Shown: piece by piece, positions 19,782 to 31,535 of the stretch
Layout of the letters: each line of letters begins with the position of its first letter
How positions within the stretch are numbered: the stretch's first letter is position 1
Source: a virus
Taxonomy: Duplodnaviria; Heunggongvirae; Uroviricota; Caudoviricetes
Reading direction: 5' to 3' (one strand)
Virus record (IMG/VR): IMGVR_UViG_3300023707_000001
DNA length: 64,000 nucleotides
Position numbers and translations under genes: made by a program
Notes under the pieces: generated by a model
What the model saw: only the letters and a program-made list of their open reading frames with translations
Told to the model about the DNA's origin: nothing
Databases searched by the model: none

Positions 19782-20639
19782 TTATTGCCGCATTCCCTTC
19801 TTTGCTTTTGCAATCATGATTTTTCTCGGATGTTTTTGTTTTTTAATCGGAGGTTCGAAGAACGTAATGTATCGTCCGCGACGGCAGATATCCTCCTGTT
19901 TTGTCCAAAGCTTGACCTCGTACGTATCAATCTCAAAATCAGTACGAACAAGCCATACGAAATCTCCCGCCAAACTTTCCAGCTTTTTGTTGTACGGCGT
20001 AAGAATTCTATCTTCAAAATCTTGCCAGTATCTACTGGTAGCTGTCCTGGCCGTTTTATTGCTTTCCCAGCCATGGATTCGGTAACGGGGACTTACCAAC
20101 CATCCGGTGCTCCAATTTCTATCCTCGATAGCAATACCGCGAAGTCCCAATCCGGCTTCTTTTGCAAGGCGGGGAAGTTCTGTTTTTAAGAGCTCAAGGC
20201 TTTCTTCCTTTATTTTTTCCTTTTGCTCTTTTTCGGCGAAATACTCATTGTATTCTTCTACGCCGTCTGTATCATCATCGGCAAAATACTCATCAATAAA
20301 CCCTTGCTTGGGGTCTTTTTCCAGCTCCGCGACCTTTCTCAGAAATACCTCCGCGCTGTCTGTGGAGATATTTGTACGGCTCGGCTTAAACTTATCCATA
20401 AACTCGTTTGCTTCACCAAAATACGTGCAGCCGGTGATGTTTCCGCTCTTGTCGTAGCGAGCCCAGATACCAAACGTCCAGCCATGTTTTTTGTCGCTAT
20501 TAAGTTTTGTGGAATAAAAATGCAACACATCCTGGTTAAAAACAAAGTAGTAAGGGGAATACCCTTTTACCTCAAAATTGGGATTAGTCTTTTTGAGCTG
20601 TTCGTAATACCCCATCAAGATTTGCTCTGCTGTCTTCAT
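19782..20639 (-). CDS. hypothetical protein (285 aa)
   Basis: Long minus ORF; no recognisable motif. Confidence 0.5.
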   Translation of the reverse strand: MKTAEQILMGYYEQLKKTNPNFEVKGYSPYYFVFNQDVLHFYSTKLNSDKKHGWTFGIWARYDKSGNITGCTYFGEANEFMDKFKPSRTNISTDSAEVFLRKVAELEKDPKQGFIDEYFADDDTDGVEEYNEYFAEKEQKEKIKEESLELLKTELPRLAKEAGLGLRGIAIEDRNWSTGWLVSPRYRIHGWESNKTARTATSRYWQDFEDRILTPYNKKLESLAGDFVWLVRTDFEIDTYEVKLWTKQEDICRRGRYITFFEPPIKKQKHPRKIMIAKAKKGMRQ

Positions 20640-21473
20640 TCAAAAAACCTCCACATTTTTATATTTTCTTTCCCATTTTTTCTCTTATTTCGCAATATTC
20701 GCCGCGCATCATATAACCGCAGCTGCCCCATTCAATGTCATCGTCGGTCAATTCGCTTTCGTGTATTCCCTCGCAACAGATGCACGGATTACAAAGTATA
20801 TTACGCAACCTGCAATCATGACATTGGCATACCGTCAAACAAGCTTCGTAACTACCAAAGGCACTCATAAAACCATTAACCCCCGAAAACATTTGCGGGC
20901 TACGTCCGCTATGACTTTATCTTGGCTGGTGGTGGCTTCTTTAATGTCTGCCAATAGTTTATCAAGGGCATCATCCAATGTGATACTCCGAGACTCTGAA
21001 CAGTACACAGTTTCTTTGGGCATATGTCGTTTCCATTCAATCACAGCCAGCGTAGTAGCAACCATCGTGGAAATCGTAGCATTTTCGCTCGGATTTTCCG
21101 TGATGTTCCGATAATATGCTTTGATTACATCCATAGTGGCCATCATTTGTGTATCAGATAGCTGCATCAAATCTCCTCCCAATAAGCGCCTTGGTCGCAA
21201 TGTTTTCTTTCGACGGCACCGTATTCAGCCATAAACCAGAGCAACATGACCACGATAAAAATGAACAGGAGGTAACCTACGCAAAAAGCTTCCTGACAGT
21301 CTAAACCTAGTACGGCAGCCACCGCTACAGGCGTCCCGATGATTAAGGCCGATATCGCAAAAACAATTAAAGCTACTGTAGCCGTTGCGCCCATGTTTTT
21401 CAGCGCTTCTTTTGTGAAATCTTTCTCTTCGGTCATCTTGAATCTTCCCTTCCAAATCTTTCGCCGGTGTATT

Positions 21474-21830
21474 TCACAATTTTAACTCTTCACATTCGTA
21501 TCCGTGGTCATTTAACCATTCGGCCAGAATATGACGATGGCAAAAAGTCTCTGGCTTTTCGTAGCACAGGAGAATTTTGCCCTGCATATTGGCGCCGACT
21601 TTATGTACATTGAGGGTCTTAAGGTATTCCCGGTAAGCCTTCGTGTACTTTTCTTCGTCGCCGTCCTCCTTATAAGCCTTAAGGATTTCCCATCCAGGTG
21701 CCAGCATAGTGTTGATAGGAATGTTGACACCTTTAGGTGTAAAGCGCGCGATGCTCATACACCGTGCCTGCTGTTCCGGCGTCATCTTGCGCATCTTAGC
21801 AAAATAACTCATATAAATCATTTTCTGCAA
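21474..21830 (-). CDS. hypothetical protein, possibly DUF488-like
   Basis: C-terminal ...CHRHILAEWL resembles the YeaO/DUF488 C-terminus; weak. Confidence 0.3.
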   Translation of the reverse strand: MQKMIYMSYFAKMRKMTPEQQARCMSIARFTPKGVNIPINTMLAPGWEILKAYKEDGDEEKYTKAYREYLKTLNVHKVGANMQGKILLCYEKPETFCHRHILAEWLNDHGYECEELKL

Positions 21831-22004
21831 TCACCTCTTTTTTCTCATTAATCAAACTGCGGATTAGTCGCCTTTGCATACAATCAACTTCTGCACGAAA
21901 TTGTTTTTTGTCAGATAGTGTCGGGTATAATTCTTTTACAAGCTGTTCGGCTTGTGCATAGATGTATCCTGCCAAAAAATAAATCATTTTATTCTCTGTC
22001 AACT

Positions 22005-22373
22005 TTAGCCCTCCCGTTTCATTTTAGCACCGCAGTTCGGGCAGAAATTCCAATCTTCCGCACCAACGCCTGTTTCGTAGTCAAAGCTAAACTCGGCTCT
22101 GCATGCCGAACACACCAACATCTCGATAGTGCGCTCGTTTCCAATGTAACCTCTTCTAATCCAATGCGGCGCTTTCTTGTCGCCCATTTTATTCTTCTCG
22201 GTCATCTTGTAGTCTGAGCAATTTACTTCGCCATGGATGCTGGTCTTTCGATTACACGTGCAATCTATGCCATCAATAGTCCAATCCGAAACCACTCTTT
22301 CTGTTCCGCTTATCGATTCTACGACCCTGCTCCTTGCAATCAGCGCATGCTCACAGTTCACACACTTTCCCAT
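22005..22373 (-). CDS. Zn-ribbon protein (122 aa)
   Basis: CVNCEH...CSACR...CPNCG motifs. Confidence 0.4.
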   Translation of the reverse strand: MGKCVNCEHALIARSRVVESISGTERVVSDWTIDGIDCTCNRKTSIHGEVNCSDYKMTEKNKMGDKKAPHWIRRGYIGNERTIEMLVCSACRAEFSFDYETGVGAEDWNFCPNCGAKMKREG

Positions 22374-23845
22374 TGTTAACCCTCCGATTTACTTTCCGCC
22401 ATTCAAAACACGCTCCTGAAAATCCACACAAGCTTTTTCTTTTTTATGGCGAGCCTCCTGCATGTAATGCAGCTTACAGTAATGCTCGTTGAATTTATAG
22501 ATGTTGACTACCCTGGTAAACCAAAAGCAGTCACCACATGTGTTCTCCGCCATCTTACTCGCGCACCTCCGCTCTTATGAGCCTCCACGCTCTTTCTAGG
22601 CCGGCATCAAAACCTGCACAATAATCGTTTTTAGAATCATAGTCATACAATTCTTCTTCTAAACTATCGCAAATGCTTTGCACCAATTCTTTCCTGCCGT
22701 CAGCACGGCCTTTGTCGTAACAAAGCTGCTCGCGTTCAGTCATTTTCTCTGTCATCTGAACCACCTGCCAATTTCCAATCCTCAAACGATGGATAGCGAT
22801 ACGATTCTCGATGAAAAGGATACTTTTTAAATAAGCGATTACCGTTACGCCCTTTCGTAAGTTTTCTCATGGCTGAGCCAAGACCGTTATCCAGCATATA
22901 TAGCGTGTAATCGTGAGTTTCCTCACCTTCCAACATAATGTCGATATATTCTTGAATTGCACATAGAAGCATACTTGTTTCTTGATTGTTAAATTTAATT
23001 CTGTTTTCCGCCATCTAATACACGCTCCAAATTATATTCTTTTACACGTACGGCACAGCAATATTCTGTTTTATACTGTCGCTTCAAATGCGGATTTTTT
23101 CCGACAACATCATAAGTGCCGTCGTTGTTGACCTTCTGAACTTTCATCTCCTGCATATAAGCCCATTGGTCGCCGCCAATCTTAAATTTAACTCTATCGC
23201 CCTTCTTGAATGCCATCTTCCAACCTCCTGCGCTTCAATTCATTCAGCAATTCCAAAAGTTCTGCGCATTGTTCTCGATGAAAATACTCACCAATATCCC
23301 CAGCTTTAGACCTGTCTGCTAAAAGCTCAATCCAGTAATCAATCGTCATTATCCTCACGCTCTTTTTCTTTTTTCTTTTTCCGTTCTTCCCACGCTTCTA
23401 TCTCTCGTGCATTTTTGAAATAATTATCTAAATAATTTAACCATTCCTCAGTCTTCATCGCTCTTCCGCTCCAACTCTTTTAATTCTTTATTGAATTCTT
23501 TCTCGTCCATATTGAATCTCTGCATCATTCTGCGTTTGAATTTCAATAAAGACACGCCGTAAAATGCGCGAAACGGAAACCCGTAACGCATCGGAAGTTT
23601 AACTTCCAACTTATTGTTTAACCGGAAATAATCCTTATAATGCGCCTTAAAATATTCTGTTGCCGATTCTTTGTCTTTATGAAGGACAACATCAGCTACT
23701 CCACCTTCAATCATCAAATCATCAAAATATGTAACCCATCGCATATTATTCGTCACTCCTTCTATTCGTCTAATCTAATTACCTTAAGTGAAACATAGCA
23801 GTGCTCAAACATTACACTTGAGCACTCTTAGTTGCACTTAATTTT

Positions 23846-24583
23846 TTATTCGTGCAATGGCCCCGAAAACATACTTTGCAAGTCGCCATAACACGTATAC
23901 ATTGTGGATTCATCTTCGCACTTTGTGATAACATCTTCCAAATGGTACTTTTTGATAGCAGCATCCATTCGGCGTTCATATTCATCTCTGGTTATTCCAA
24001 AATCATATGCCCACACCATATCTTCTTCTGTGTCACTGCTATATGCCGGTTCGTCAATGAACCACATATTGTTATCGCTTTCAGTGATGTTTCTCCACAA
24101 CTGCTGCATAACCGGGTCAGCATCTTCAATATGCGGGAGCTTAGCCGGGTCAAAACCGTCACGAAGGATTTTGTTCAACAACAATTTGCTTCCCTGGTCA
24201 CAGCCATCGTAAAAATCCTGACTATCAGGGAATACGTCTTTTATTTTGCATCCCCAGTAGCAGTAACGGTTATTGTGGACTACCAATGCCCATGCATGCT
24301 CGCCATCTACGTCTGTAAACCAATCCCTGACCATGATATTGCCACGGCGTAACCGACAAAAGAGTTTGTTGACCTCATCAAGAGCGATGCTGTCAGCATA
24401 ATCGCCATGCTCCAGTGTCTTCGTGACTTCGTTAATCACCTCTTTTATCTGCTGCTCGCTCATTTCAGGGATTTTACTTGTGATATAATCGCAGACCAAT
24501 CCCGGCGCATATGTTTTGCGTCCTATCGCATAGCGGTAAGCGAAAACCAGCATTGTAACATCATCTTTTGTTAACATCGGCAC
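23846..24583 (-). CDS. hypothetical protein (245 aa)
   Basis: Long minus ORF. Confidence 0.5.
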   Translation of the reverse strand: MPMLTKDDVTMLVFAYRYAIGRKTYAPGLVCDYITSKIPEMSEQQIKEVINEVTKTLEHGDYADSIALDEVNKLFCRLRRGNIMVRDWFTDVDGEHAWALVVHNNRYCYWGCKIKDVFPDSQDFYDGCDQGSKLLLNKILRDGFDPAKLPHIEDADPVMQQLWRNITESDNNMWFIDEPAYSSDTEEDMVWAYDFGITRDEYERRMDAAIKKYHLEDVITKCEDESTMYTCYGDLQSMFSGPLHE

Positions 24584-24983
24584 CCCCCCTCTGCCCTGAT
24601 GATTCGTTCATACATTTCTTCCAGAGTTACGCTGCACGGACAAGATTGCAGGCAGATGGTGTTTGCTGGACAAAGATTGCATACAAGGTCACGTTCTAGG
24701 ATATTTCCAAGCTTTTCCCAAAACTCTTTTTCCCTTATCATCAATAACCACCTTCGTTATCGCGAAGCCATTGCTTCATTTCAACATAAGCCTTTGCGAA
24801 AGCCAGCTCCATGTCGCTGTCCTGTGCCCAGCATAACTCCAAATCCTTGCCATCTTCTCCGAGACCTTTGCGGTAAACTCTAACGCAATAATCTGCAACC
24901 TTGTTGTAGCCAATTTCCAGGTGCATATAATAACCGCGTTCAATCATTTCATTGAAAAAACGAAAAAATTCGTTGACCATTTC

Positions 24984-25520
24984 TTATCCCTCTCTCTTTA
25001 AGTGGTCGAGAAACGTAATGTCTCCACTAATTCTGTCACCGATATTAATTTCCTGCCACCAGGACTCGTCGTCGACAATTAGAACTCTGGATTCACCGTT
25101 TACATTTCCTGTAATGGTGCGTATGGTTTTTCTATTCTTTTCCGCTTCTTCACCGACCCCGTATTCTCCCGAAGGTGGTGCAAGTTCTACTTCGCCATAG
25201 TATGGCGACTTGTCATTGCCGGTAGTTTTTACAACCCGGCTTTCTACCCAACGTTCAATGCTGTAGTAGTGTTTTGTCTGATACATTGGTATGGAAATGC
25301 CATTTACATACGTGTACGAAAAAATCTCGCTACATTCGTCATGCACACGTGCTCCTGGCGGAGCATTCCAGTCGGATTCTTCTACCGTTTTCCGCTCCAG
25401 AATGTTTACATCACATTCCCAACCAATATCGGTTACTTCTATCGTAGCATGTTTGGGGTAAAGAATATACGCACCAAGAAAGAGCAATACTGCACACGCG
25501 ATACAGCCATATTTATTCAT
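24984..25520 (-). CDS. membrane-anchored protein (178 aa)
   Basis: N-terminal TM helix. Confidence 0.45.
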   Translation of the reverse strand: MNKYGCIACAVLLFLGAYILYPKHATIEVTDIGWECDVNILERKTVEESDWNAPPGARVHDECSEIFSYTYVNGISIPMYQTKHYYSIERWVESRVVKTTGNDKSPYYGEVELAPPSGEYGVGEEAEKNRKTIRTITGNVNGESRVLIVDDESWWQEINIGDRISGDITFLDHLKREG

Positions 25521-26465
25521 GCGCGTTTACTCCTCCGGGACAGTCTTATACCCTCTTGTTACAGAGGTTACAAAAACATTTTCGAGCTGCGGATTCTCAT
25601 GCTGGAAAACATCTGCCGCATCTTCGATACTGTCTGCTTCAACAACTTCTACGCCTTTTGCGCCCTTGCATTCATAGGTTACAACGTATCTCATATCTTC
25701 TCTCCATTCTCTGCTGCCCGCAGGATATAATCCTGGGCCTCACTGACACATACATGTCCATCGATAAGGAATGCGAAAGTTTTTCGCCAGCTATAGTTCA
25801 TCCAGTCAGCTACTTGCTTGTCCGTATAACCACGAACAGGCGCTGCCAGTCGCGACCAACCATTTTCAATATGGTTGTGCTCGTAGTGGCCATATTTTGT
25901 TTTGGCCCGTTCCCATACAGTTACTCTCTGAACATCCATAAGCATGCCTCTTCCTACCTTTCCGTCAGAATAACACCCATAAAAGCATTTGTTATTTCGC
26001 CTTCAAGGGCTCCCGGTTCTGGTATCGGCCCACTATGCGCTTCTTTCATATTTATAGCGCCACGGATTATCCGCGCCATTTTACGGGCAACTTCCACGTA
26101 ATCGTCCGTTGGCTCATCCGTATCATACACGATTGTGCCGTCGCTACGATATGAAATTGCGACTTCATCGACCATAATGACTTTATTTTCTTCTGCCATA
26201 TTTTTTTCACGCTCCTTTTTCAAAACTCCGCTCGTTTAACTTCTCTCTCAACAAGCTCAAGTTCGTATTCAGCGTTGCCCGGATCATCACAGAAGCATAG
26301 TGTATCGCCGTCCTGAAGGTCGCCTTTACTAATGTCATACTCGTTAACCTTTAAGCGTTCAAAGAAAGCCTTCCTTGCTTCCGTATATGTGTCGAATACA
26401 CCGCACAAATATGCGCCTTCGTGGTTCCATTCGACTAATGCGTATACCTTCATAATTTTGCCCCC

Positions 26466-26834
26466 TTATTTAACAAAATCTCTATATGCTTTAAGCAGAT
26501 TGTCTGAAGCTATATCACAGACTTTGCCTATGGTAGCTACCATCGCCATTGCATATATGGGAATCATGAATACCGGCCACAAAGCGATATATTTGGCTTT
26601 GCGCCATAACATAAAATCGCTGCTGACATATTCGCCTTTGCGGTCATTCCAGTCATTGACCAGTCTGCGAATCGTTTCTCTTTCTGCATGACGCGACCTC
26701 AAACCACAAACGGAACAACAGATGTAGTAGAGTTTTTTGGGCCCATAAACGGATACATTTTTGATTTCTACGTGTTTACTTCCACAGCAAGGGCACACTT
26801 CCAAATTTGTTTCGGCCCATATTAAGTTATCCAA
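26466..26834 (-). CDS. membrane Zn-ribbon protein (122 aa)
   Basis: CPCCGS...CSVCG plus a C-terminal TM segment. Confidence 0.4.
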   Translation of the reverse strand: MDNLIWAETNLEVCPCCGSKHVEIKNVSVYGPKKLYYICCSVCGLRSRHAERETIRRLVNDWNDRKGEYVSSDFMLWRKAKYIALWPVFMIPIYAMAMVATIGKVCDIASDNLLKAYRDFVK

Positions 26835-27096
26835 CCTTTTTCACTCCTTTGCCCATGACTTGTTAGGCGTAATAATGATGTTCCCCTTGTGGTTCGGTGC
26901 TCTACCTGCAATGTAGCTATCGTCAAGCCAACCAAGATTCATTACATCATCTTCCAGCACCACGTATTCTGTGCCGGTATAATATGTTATTGCTTCTTTT
27001 ACTTCTTCTTTCGTAAAACAAATCGTAATTTTACGTGTGTCTTCCCCATTTTTTTTATCTATGGTTATCATTCTTGTCACTCCTTTGCTGTTCGCA

Positions 27097-27546
27097 TCAT
27101 TTTGTAAGTATAGCGGTAAGCCACCCACTTACAAAGCCGATGCCGCCCAGGATAAATACGGTCTTGAATTTTTCCCAGGTACTCGGATATACGCCGTTAA
27201 GCTTGGCATCCCACTCGCGCCAGTTAACCTGGCCACGCGGATATGCTTTCTCATCGATATAGCAATCGGCGTAAACTTTGGGGCTGAAACGGTTATCCCC
27301 TGTGCGGGCAATCCATTCAGCTGCATGCTGCGGGTCATTTTTATTTACCGCATCAAACTCAAGACCGGCCTCTCGGCACGCTTTAACAGCTTTTTCCAAT
27401 GCTTCGTCATGTCGGCACGTCCACAGGATAATCTTGTGGCCATTCTTCTTGGCCCGGCGCAAAACATTGATGGCCGGAAAAAACAGCTTTACCTCGGGAT
27501 ACGTGCCAAAGCTTAAGGTTTCGTCGAAATCTACGGCTACAATCAT
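27097..27546 (-). CDS. HAD-superfamily phosphatase (149 aa)
   Basis: N-terminal VDFDETL (DxDxT) catalytic motif, Pnkp-phosphatase-like. Confidence 0.6.
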   Translation of the reverse strand: MIVAVDFDETLSFGTYPEVKLFFPAINVLRRAKKNGHKIILWTCRHDEALEKAVKACREAGLEFDAVNKNDPQHAAEWIARTGDNRFSPKVYADCYIDEKAYPRGQVNWREWDAKLNGVYPSTWEKFKTVFILGGIGFVSGWLTAILTK

Positions 27547-27947
27547 AACTTTTCCTCCGCCAGACGCTGCACTTCTTTTTGCGCAACAGAGAAACCGTTC
27601 CGCAAATGCTTAACAATCGCATCGCATTCCTGTTCAGAAAGCTCCTCAAAGGTTTCTTTATCGTATTCCTGACAAACGACAAGAAGCGAACCAGCCAGAA
27701 TATCTGCAATGTTTCCGGCGTTGTCGTAAAGAACACCCGTCGGTGCCCATGGCTCCTTGAACTTACCTTCCTCGTCAAGATACACGGTATAGTTCTTTCC
27801 TGCGATATTCATGTGAACTGCTTCCACCGCTTCACAATCGAGAAGCTTATAAAGCCCCTCCAGTGTATGCTCAGCATTTACGGGCTGAATACGGCAAAAA
27901 TTCGTTTCTTTGTAATAAAGCAAGGCTACGCCATTATGTTTTTCCAT
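27543..27947 (-). CDS. hypothetical protein (134 aa)
   Basis: Minus ORF between the HAD and NTase genes. Confidence 0.4.
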   Translation of the reverse strand: MEKHNGVALLYYKETNFCRIQPVNAEHTLEGLYKLLDCEAVEAVHMNIAGKNYTVYLDEEGKFKEPWAPTGVLYDNAGNIADILAGSLLVVCQEYDKETFEELSEQECDAIVKHLRNGFSVAQKEVQRLAEEKL

Positions 27948-28190
27948 GTGTTACGTCCTCCAACAAAAAGCCCTGCAAGTTGCAGGGCTTCCTAAGTTTA
28001 CGCCCTTTTTCTTATATGTGTTCGGGCGCTTCTTCAATCATATCTTCTTCCACGCACGCCCTGATTTCATCAGGATACCAGCCGGCGATATGCGGCGCTC
28101 TTTTTACCAGAGTCAAAATGAAATCCTGTTTATCTTCAGCACTAGCTGAGAATGTCAAACCTGTTTTGGGGTTCTTTGCTACAAACTTCA

Positions 28191-28946
28191 CTACGCATCG
28201 CCTCTTTTTGTGTTTATTATTCTTTCGTGTATTGCCGCTTTTATGAATTTATTTAAATCTTCAAGCGGCTGGGGGTTTGGTTTTTGGTCCACAAAAAAGG
28301 ATTCCACTTCCTTTGCGTGATTGCGGTAATTATCCAAATGAAACTTTACCGTTTTCAGTGAAAATTCCCCTTCTTTGAACCAAAGTAATGCATCTCGGCA
28401 CATACTATCTTGTTCGTACCAAAAAGCGCTTGCAAAATATCGAGTTTTATAATACCTCGTAAGAAAGTCCACTACACGTATAGCGTGATGGGCGCTCTTA
28501 GGGTCGTATCCATACGTTTGAATTGCCTCATGCCTAGCGGGCGAGTCCATCAACATCAGCTTTTCCTTTTGAATAGACGTTCCCATCGATGCTGCATATA
28601 AGCGAGGCAGATTCATTGTTGCCAGCTTTTCCCTATTCTCTGTTAAATAATCAATCAGGGTAGAATTGCCGCTCAATTCTCTGGAATACAGGATTTCAAT
28701 AAAGTTTAGATTCGCTTTCCAAAGTAAACTCGGAAGCTTGCGAATATCATGGATGGTATAATCTTCCGTATTGGTGACAACTTCTTTATGATATTCCTGA
28801 TTGCGATAAAGGTCCTCAAACGTTGGCCACACGAAATACTTGTAGTCTTTATCGGACTTTGGTGTGTTCAAGTTATAATTATGGCTACCTACCAACGCTT
28901 TCAGGCAAATGGCGTGGCCATCAACAATGTCTCCGACATCAAACAC
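28191..28946 (-). CDS. pol-beta-superfamily nucleotidyltransferase (251 aa)
   Basis: hGS-x10-SDKD pattern (LVGSHNYNLNTPKSDKDY), the G[GS]...DxD signature of the pol-beta NTase fold. Confidence 0.55.
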   Translation of the reverse strand: MFDVGDIVDGHAICLKALVGSHNYNLNTPKSDKDYKYFVWPTFEDLYRNQEYHKEVVTNTEDYTIHDIRKLPSLLWKANLNFIEILYSRELSGNSTLIDYLTENREKLATMNLPRLYAASMGTSIQKEKLMLMDSPARHEAIQTYGYDPKSAHHAIRVVDFLTRYYKTRYFASAFWYEQDSMCRDALLWFKEGEFSLKTVKFHLDNYRNHAKEVESFFVDQKPNPQPLEDLNKFIKAAIHERIINTKRGDA

Positions 28947-28969
28947 TTATCCGTGCCTCCATTTATAAT

Positions 28970-29308
28970 TTATTTTACACTTTTAACAGCTTGTGCTACC
29001 TGTTCTACAAAATCCACTACATTGCCCTGTACAATCTGAATATTATCAGGCGTTACGTACTGAAGCGCTAACATAGTAAGCATGGTGTTCTTGGAGGGCA
29101 GTATAATCAAAAGCAGTACAGACGCAAGGAGAACCTTGAAAAATGCTTTTACAATTTTTTTCTCATCTTCACTTACAGTCGGTGAACTGTTTCCAAGAAC
29201 TACGAGTATACCTATGACGGATACGGCGATGGCGAGAACAGACACAACGCACAGGCTATGTATCACATCGATACAGTAGATAATCCACGGGTTGATAATT
29301 GGTTCCAT
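28970..29308 (-). CDS. small membrane protein (112 aa)
   Basis: Two TM helices. Confidence 0.4.
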   Translation of the reverse strand: MEPIINPWIIYCIDVIHSLCVVSVLAIAVSVIGILVVLGNSSPTVSEDEKKIVKAFFKVLLASVLLLIILPSKNTMLTMLALQYVTPDNIQIVQGNVVDFVEQVAQAVKSVK

Positions 29309-29543
29309 TTTTACCCCCTGCTTTCCAACTGTGTTTTAAAGTTATCAAAGTCTTCCGAGACTTTATTGCCCTGCCCCGTTTCTTCTCCGAGCTGTTCGAA
29401 AATGGTGTCGAAGGCACACCAATGCATGCCTTCGGTATCACCATCGTTGAAGGGGCAACCGTCTCCTTCTCCGGACTGGTTCTTGCATTTTTCTTTTGCG
29501 TATTCCTGCAAGAGCCCCAGGAGCCGCTGCTTGTTTATGAGGT

Positions 29544-30368
29544 TCATCCTACTTTAGCTCCTTCGCGGTCCAGCTCAAGCACGGTCATGATGGCGTAGTT
29601 GGCCAAATCCAAAAGGGTGTCGCGAATGCTTTCGTCCTTTACATTCTGCTGGCCGGACTTAGTCAGGGATTTGAAACGGCTGAGCTTATCCGACAGGCGA
29701 ATTCTGGCCATGGCCATGCCTTCTTCCAGGTATGTATCATGGAAGCTGTCGCCATAATCAGCATTCTTCTTTGCATAGAGCTCATTAAGCCCCATTACGA
29801 TTTTGCGGTGACGGGCAACATTGTCCGGCTCGGCCTTGCGGCTTACAGGTGCTGCGCAAAACATAGGCTCAACTTTATCGGTATGCGCTGCAGGGTTACC
29901 GAAAATTGCCCCGCCAACCACATTATTGTCGCCGTCTACCGTAAGTTTACGCTCATGCTTTTCATTGTCGCTTGCCTTTTTCGTCGGCTGCTTTTCTTCT
30001 TCCTTATCGTCGTCATCGCCGATAACACCGCCGATGACACAGACGCCGTTACCCAGCTTGTCAGCCAAGATTTTTGCAAAATCCTTTTCATTCGCGCCGG
30101 CTTTTGCAAGGTTTTCAACGAATTCCTGTACTGCCTTATTCTGGTTACCAAAATACATAGATGCATTCTCTCCTTTTTTCTTGTCTGTCAATTTATTATC
30201 CCGCCGCAGGGAACTATCCCCCATAACACTTAACGTCTGATGGGGGTAGCGGGAAAACTCTACTTCGTAACGTGTGTCACCAGTGTAGTCCGGAACGATT
30301 TCCTTAATGACGCCGTTACCATATACGTCATGGTATATCTTTTCTCCAACTTTAAATTTCTGGTTCAT
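29544..30368 (-). CDS. hypothetical protein with C-terminal DUF1599-like domain
   Basis: C-terminal ...YAKKNADYGDSF...RLSDKLSRFKSL pattern; N-terminal KOW/SH3-like region and an acidic linker. Confidence 0.4.
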   Translation of the reverse strand: MNQKFKVGEKIYHDVYGNGVIKEIVPDYTGDTRYEVEFSRYPHQTLSVMGDSSLRRDNKLTDKKKGENASMYFGNQNKAVQEFVENLAKAGANEKDFAKILADKLGNGVCVIGGVIGDDDDKEEEKQPTKKASDNEKHERKLTVDGDNNVVGGAIFGNPAAHTDKVEPMFCAAPVSRKAEPDNVARHRKIVMGLNELYAKKNADYGDSFHDTYLEEGMAMARIRLSDKLSRFKSLTKSGQQNVKDESIRDTLLDLANYAIMTVLELDREGAKVG

Positions 30369-30649
30369 TTATTCCTCTTCCTTTTCGATTGCTACATAAA
30401 ACGCACAAAACAATGCCGGCCAGAACACTGCTGCTGCATAAGAAAAAATCGGCGAAAGGATACCCGCCCAAACAGTAAACCAGAAAAGCAAATCCCGCAA
30501 TATGCGATTAACCTGATTTGAGGTTTCTTTATTATAAAACATAGTTACTTTTGTGTACCTTCCTTACTTTCAAAGTTTGGAAACTTACTTACATGTTTTC
30601 TTATTAGAGTATACACGTAAAATGCGTTTTCGTCAACCCATTTTGGTTA

Positions 30650-31105
30650 TTAAGCGACTTTCTTACCCACTGCGATGGGGACTTCAATCTCACGATAATG
30701 ATATTCCATTTTCTCTGGGCGCTTTTTGGCATTTTTCACACATCTATCAAGGTGAGATTGAATTTTTAAGCTCTGCAAGCTCTGAACCATCTGGTGGGTT
30801 CTCTTTATTTTTCTTCTTTCGCGCAAAGCTTTGCGAAGTAAGGAGGCCCAGTGCACAAGCCCAACTGCATCCAGATTATCCATTTCGATTTCATGGAGGA
30901 TGTCGTTAACTTGTCTGTCCAACTGAGAAAGCCGGCTGGATAATTCCCCACTTATAGATATCACTTTGTCCAATGATTTTATCGCTTGTTCTATCTCGTC
31001 ATAAACATCATTGTATACGCCAAATTCGTTATACTCTTCCATTTTCTTTTTCATTCCTCTCTTGATTAGTGTGTACACAAAACAAAAAGCAGAGAATAAG
31101 GGCAT
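30650..31105 (-). CDS. coiled-coil protein (151 aa)
   Basis: Heptad-rich sequence. Confidence 0.4.
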   Translation of the reverse strand: MPLFSAFCFVYTLIKRGMKKKMEEYNEFGVYNDVYDEIEQAIKSLDKVISISGELSSRLSQLDRQVNDILHEIEMDNLDAVGLVHWASLLRKALRERRKIKRTHQMVQSLQSLKIQSHLDRCVKNAKKRPEKMEYHYREIEVPIAVGKKVA

Positions 31106-31535
31106 GCGAAATAAACCAGCCTTTTCCTCTGCTTGTGTTCTTATATGATGTCCTTATATCTTTATTTTGTTTTTATTAAGAAAGCCTTACCCCGGAATTG
31201 CACCGGCTCGTGATAACCACTATCTCTCTATTAAGCGGCCAAGGCATTATACTTCCAGGTTGACTTACAGGTCATGGGCGCGGACATCAATGCGCCCGCT
31301 TACTAAGGCTGAACGGTCAAGTATCAGCTTTCGGCCCTGGAAGCAAATCAGCAGTTATGTCGTGCTGAGGACTCCACTTTTGGCAGCCAGCCACCTGCGA
31401 CTGGCTCCTAGCTGCGGATAGCTATGTGTAGTTTTAGTCGAACCTTGTGGGCCCGTTGATGCCCAGATAAGATTATCTGAACATCAACCAACCCGCAAGA
31501 GTTGGTTTTGAAGCTACTTCAATATAACTTCAATA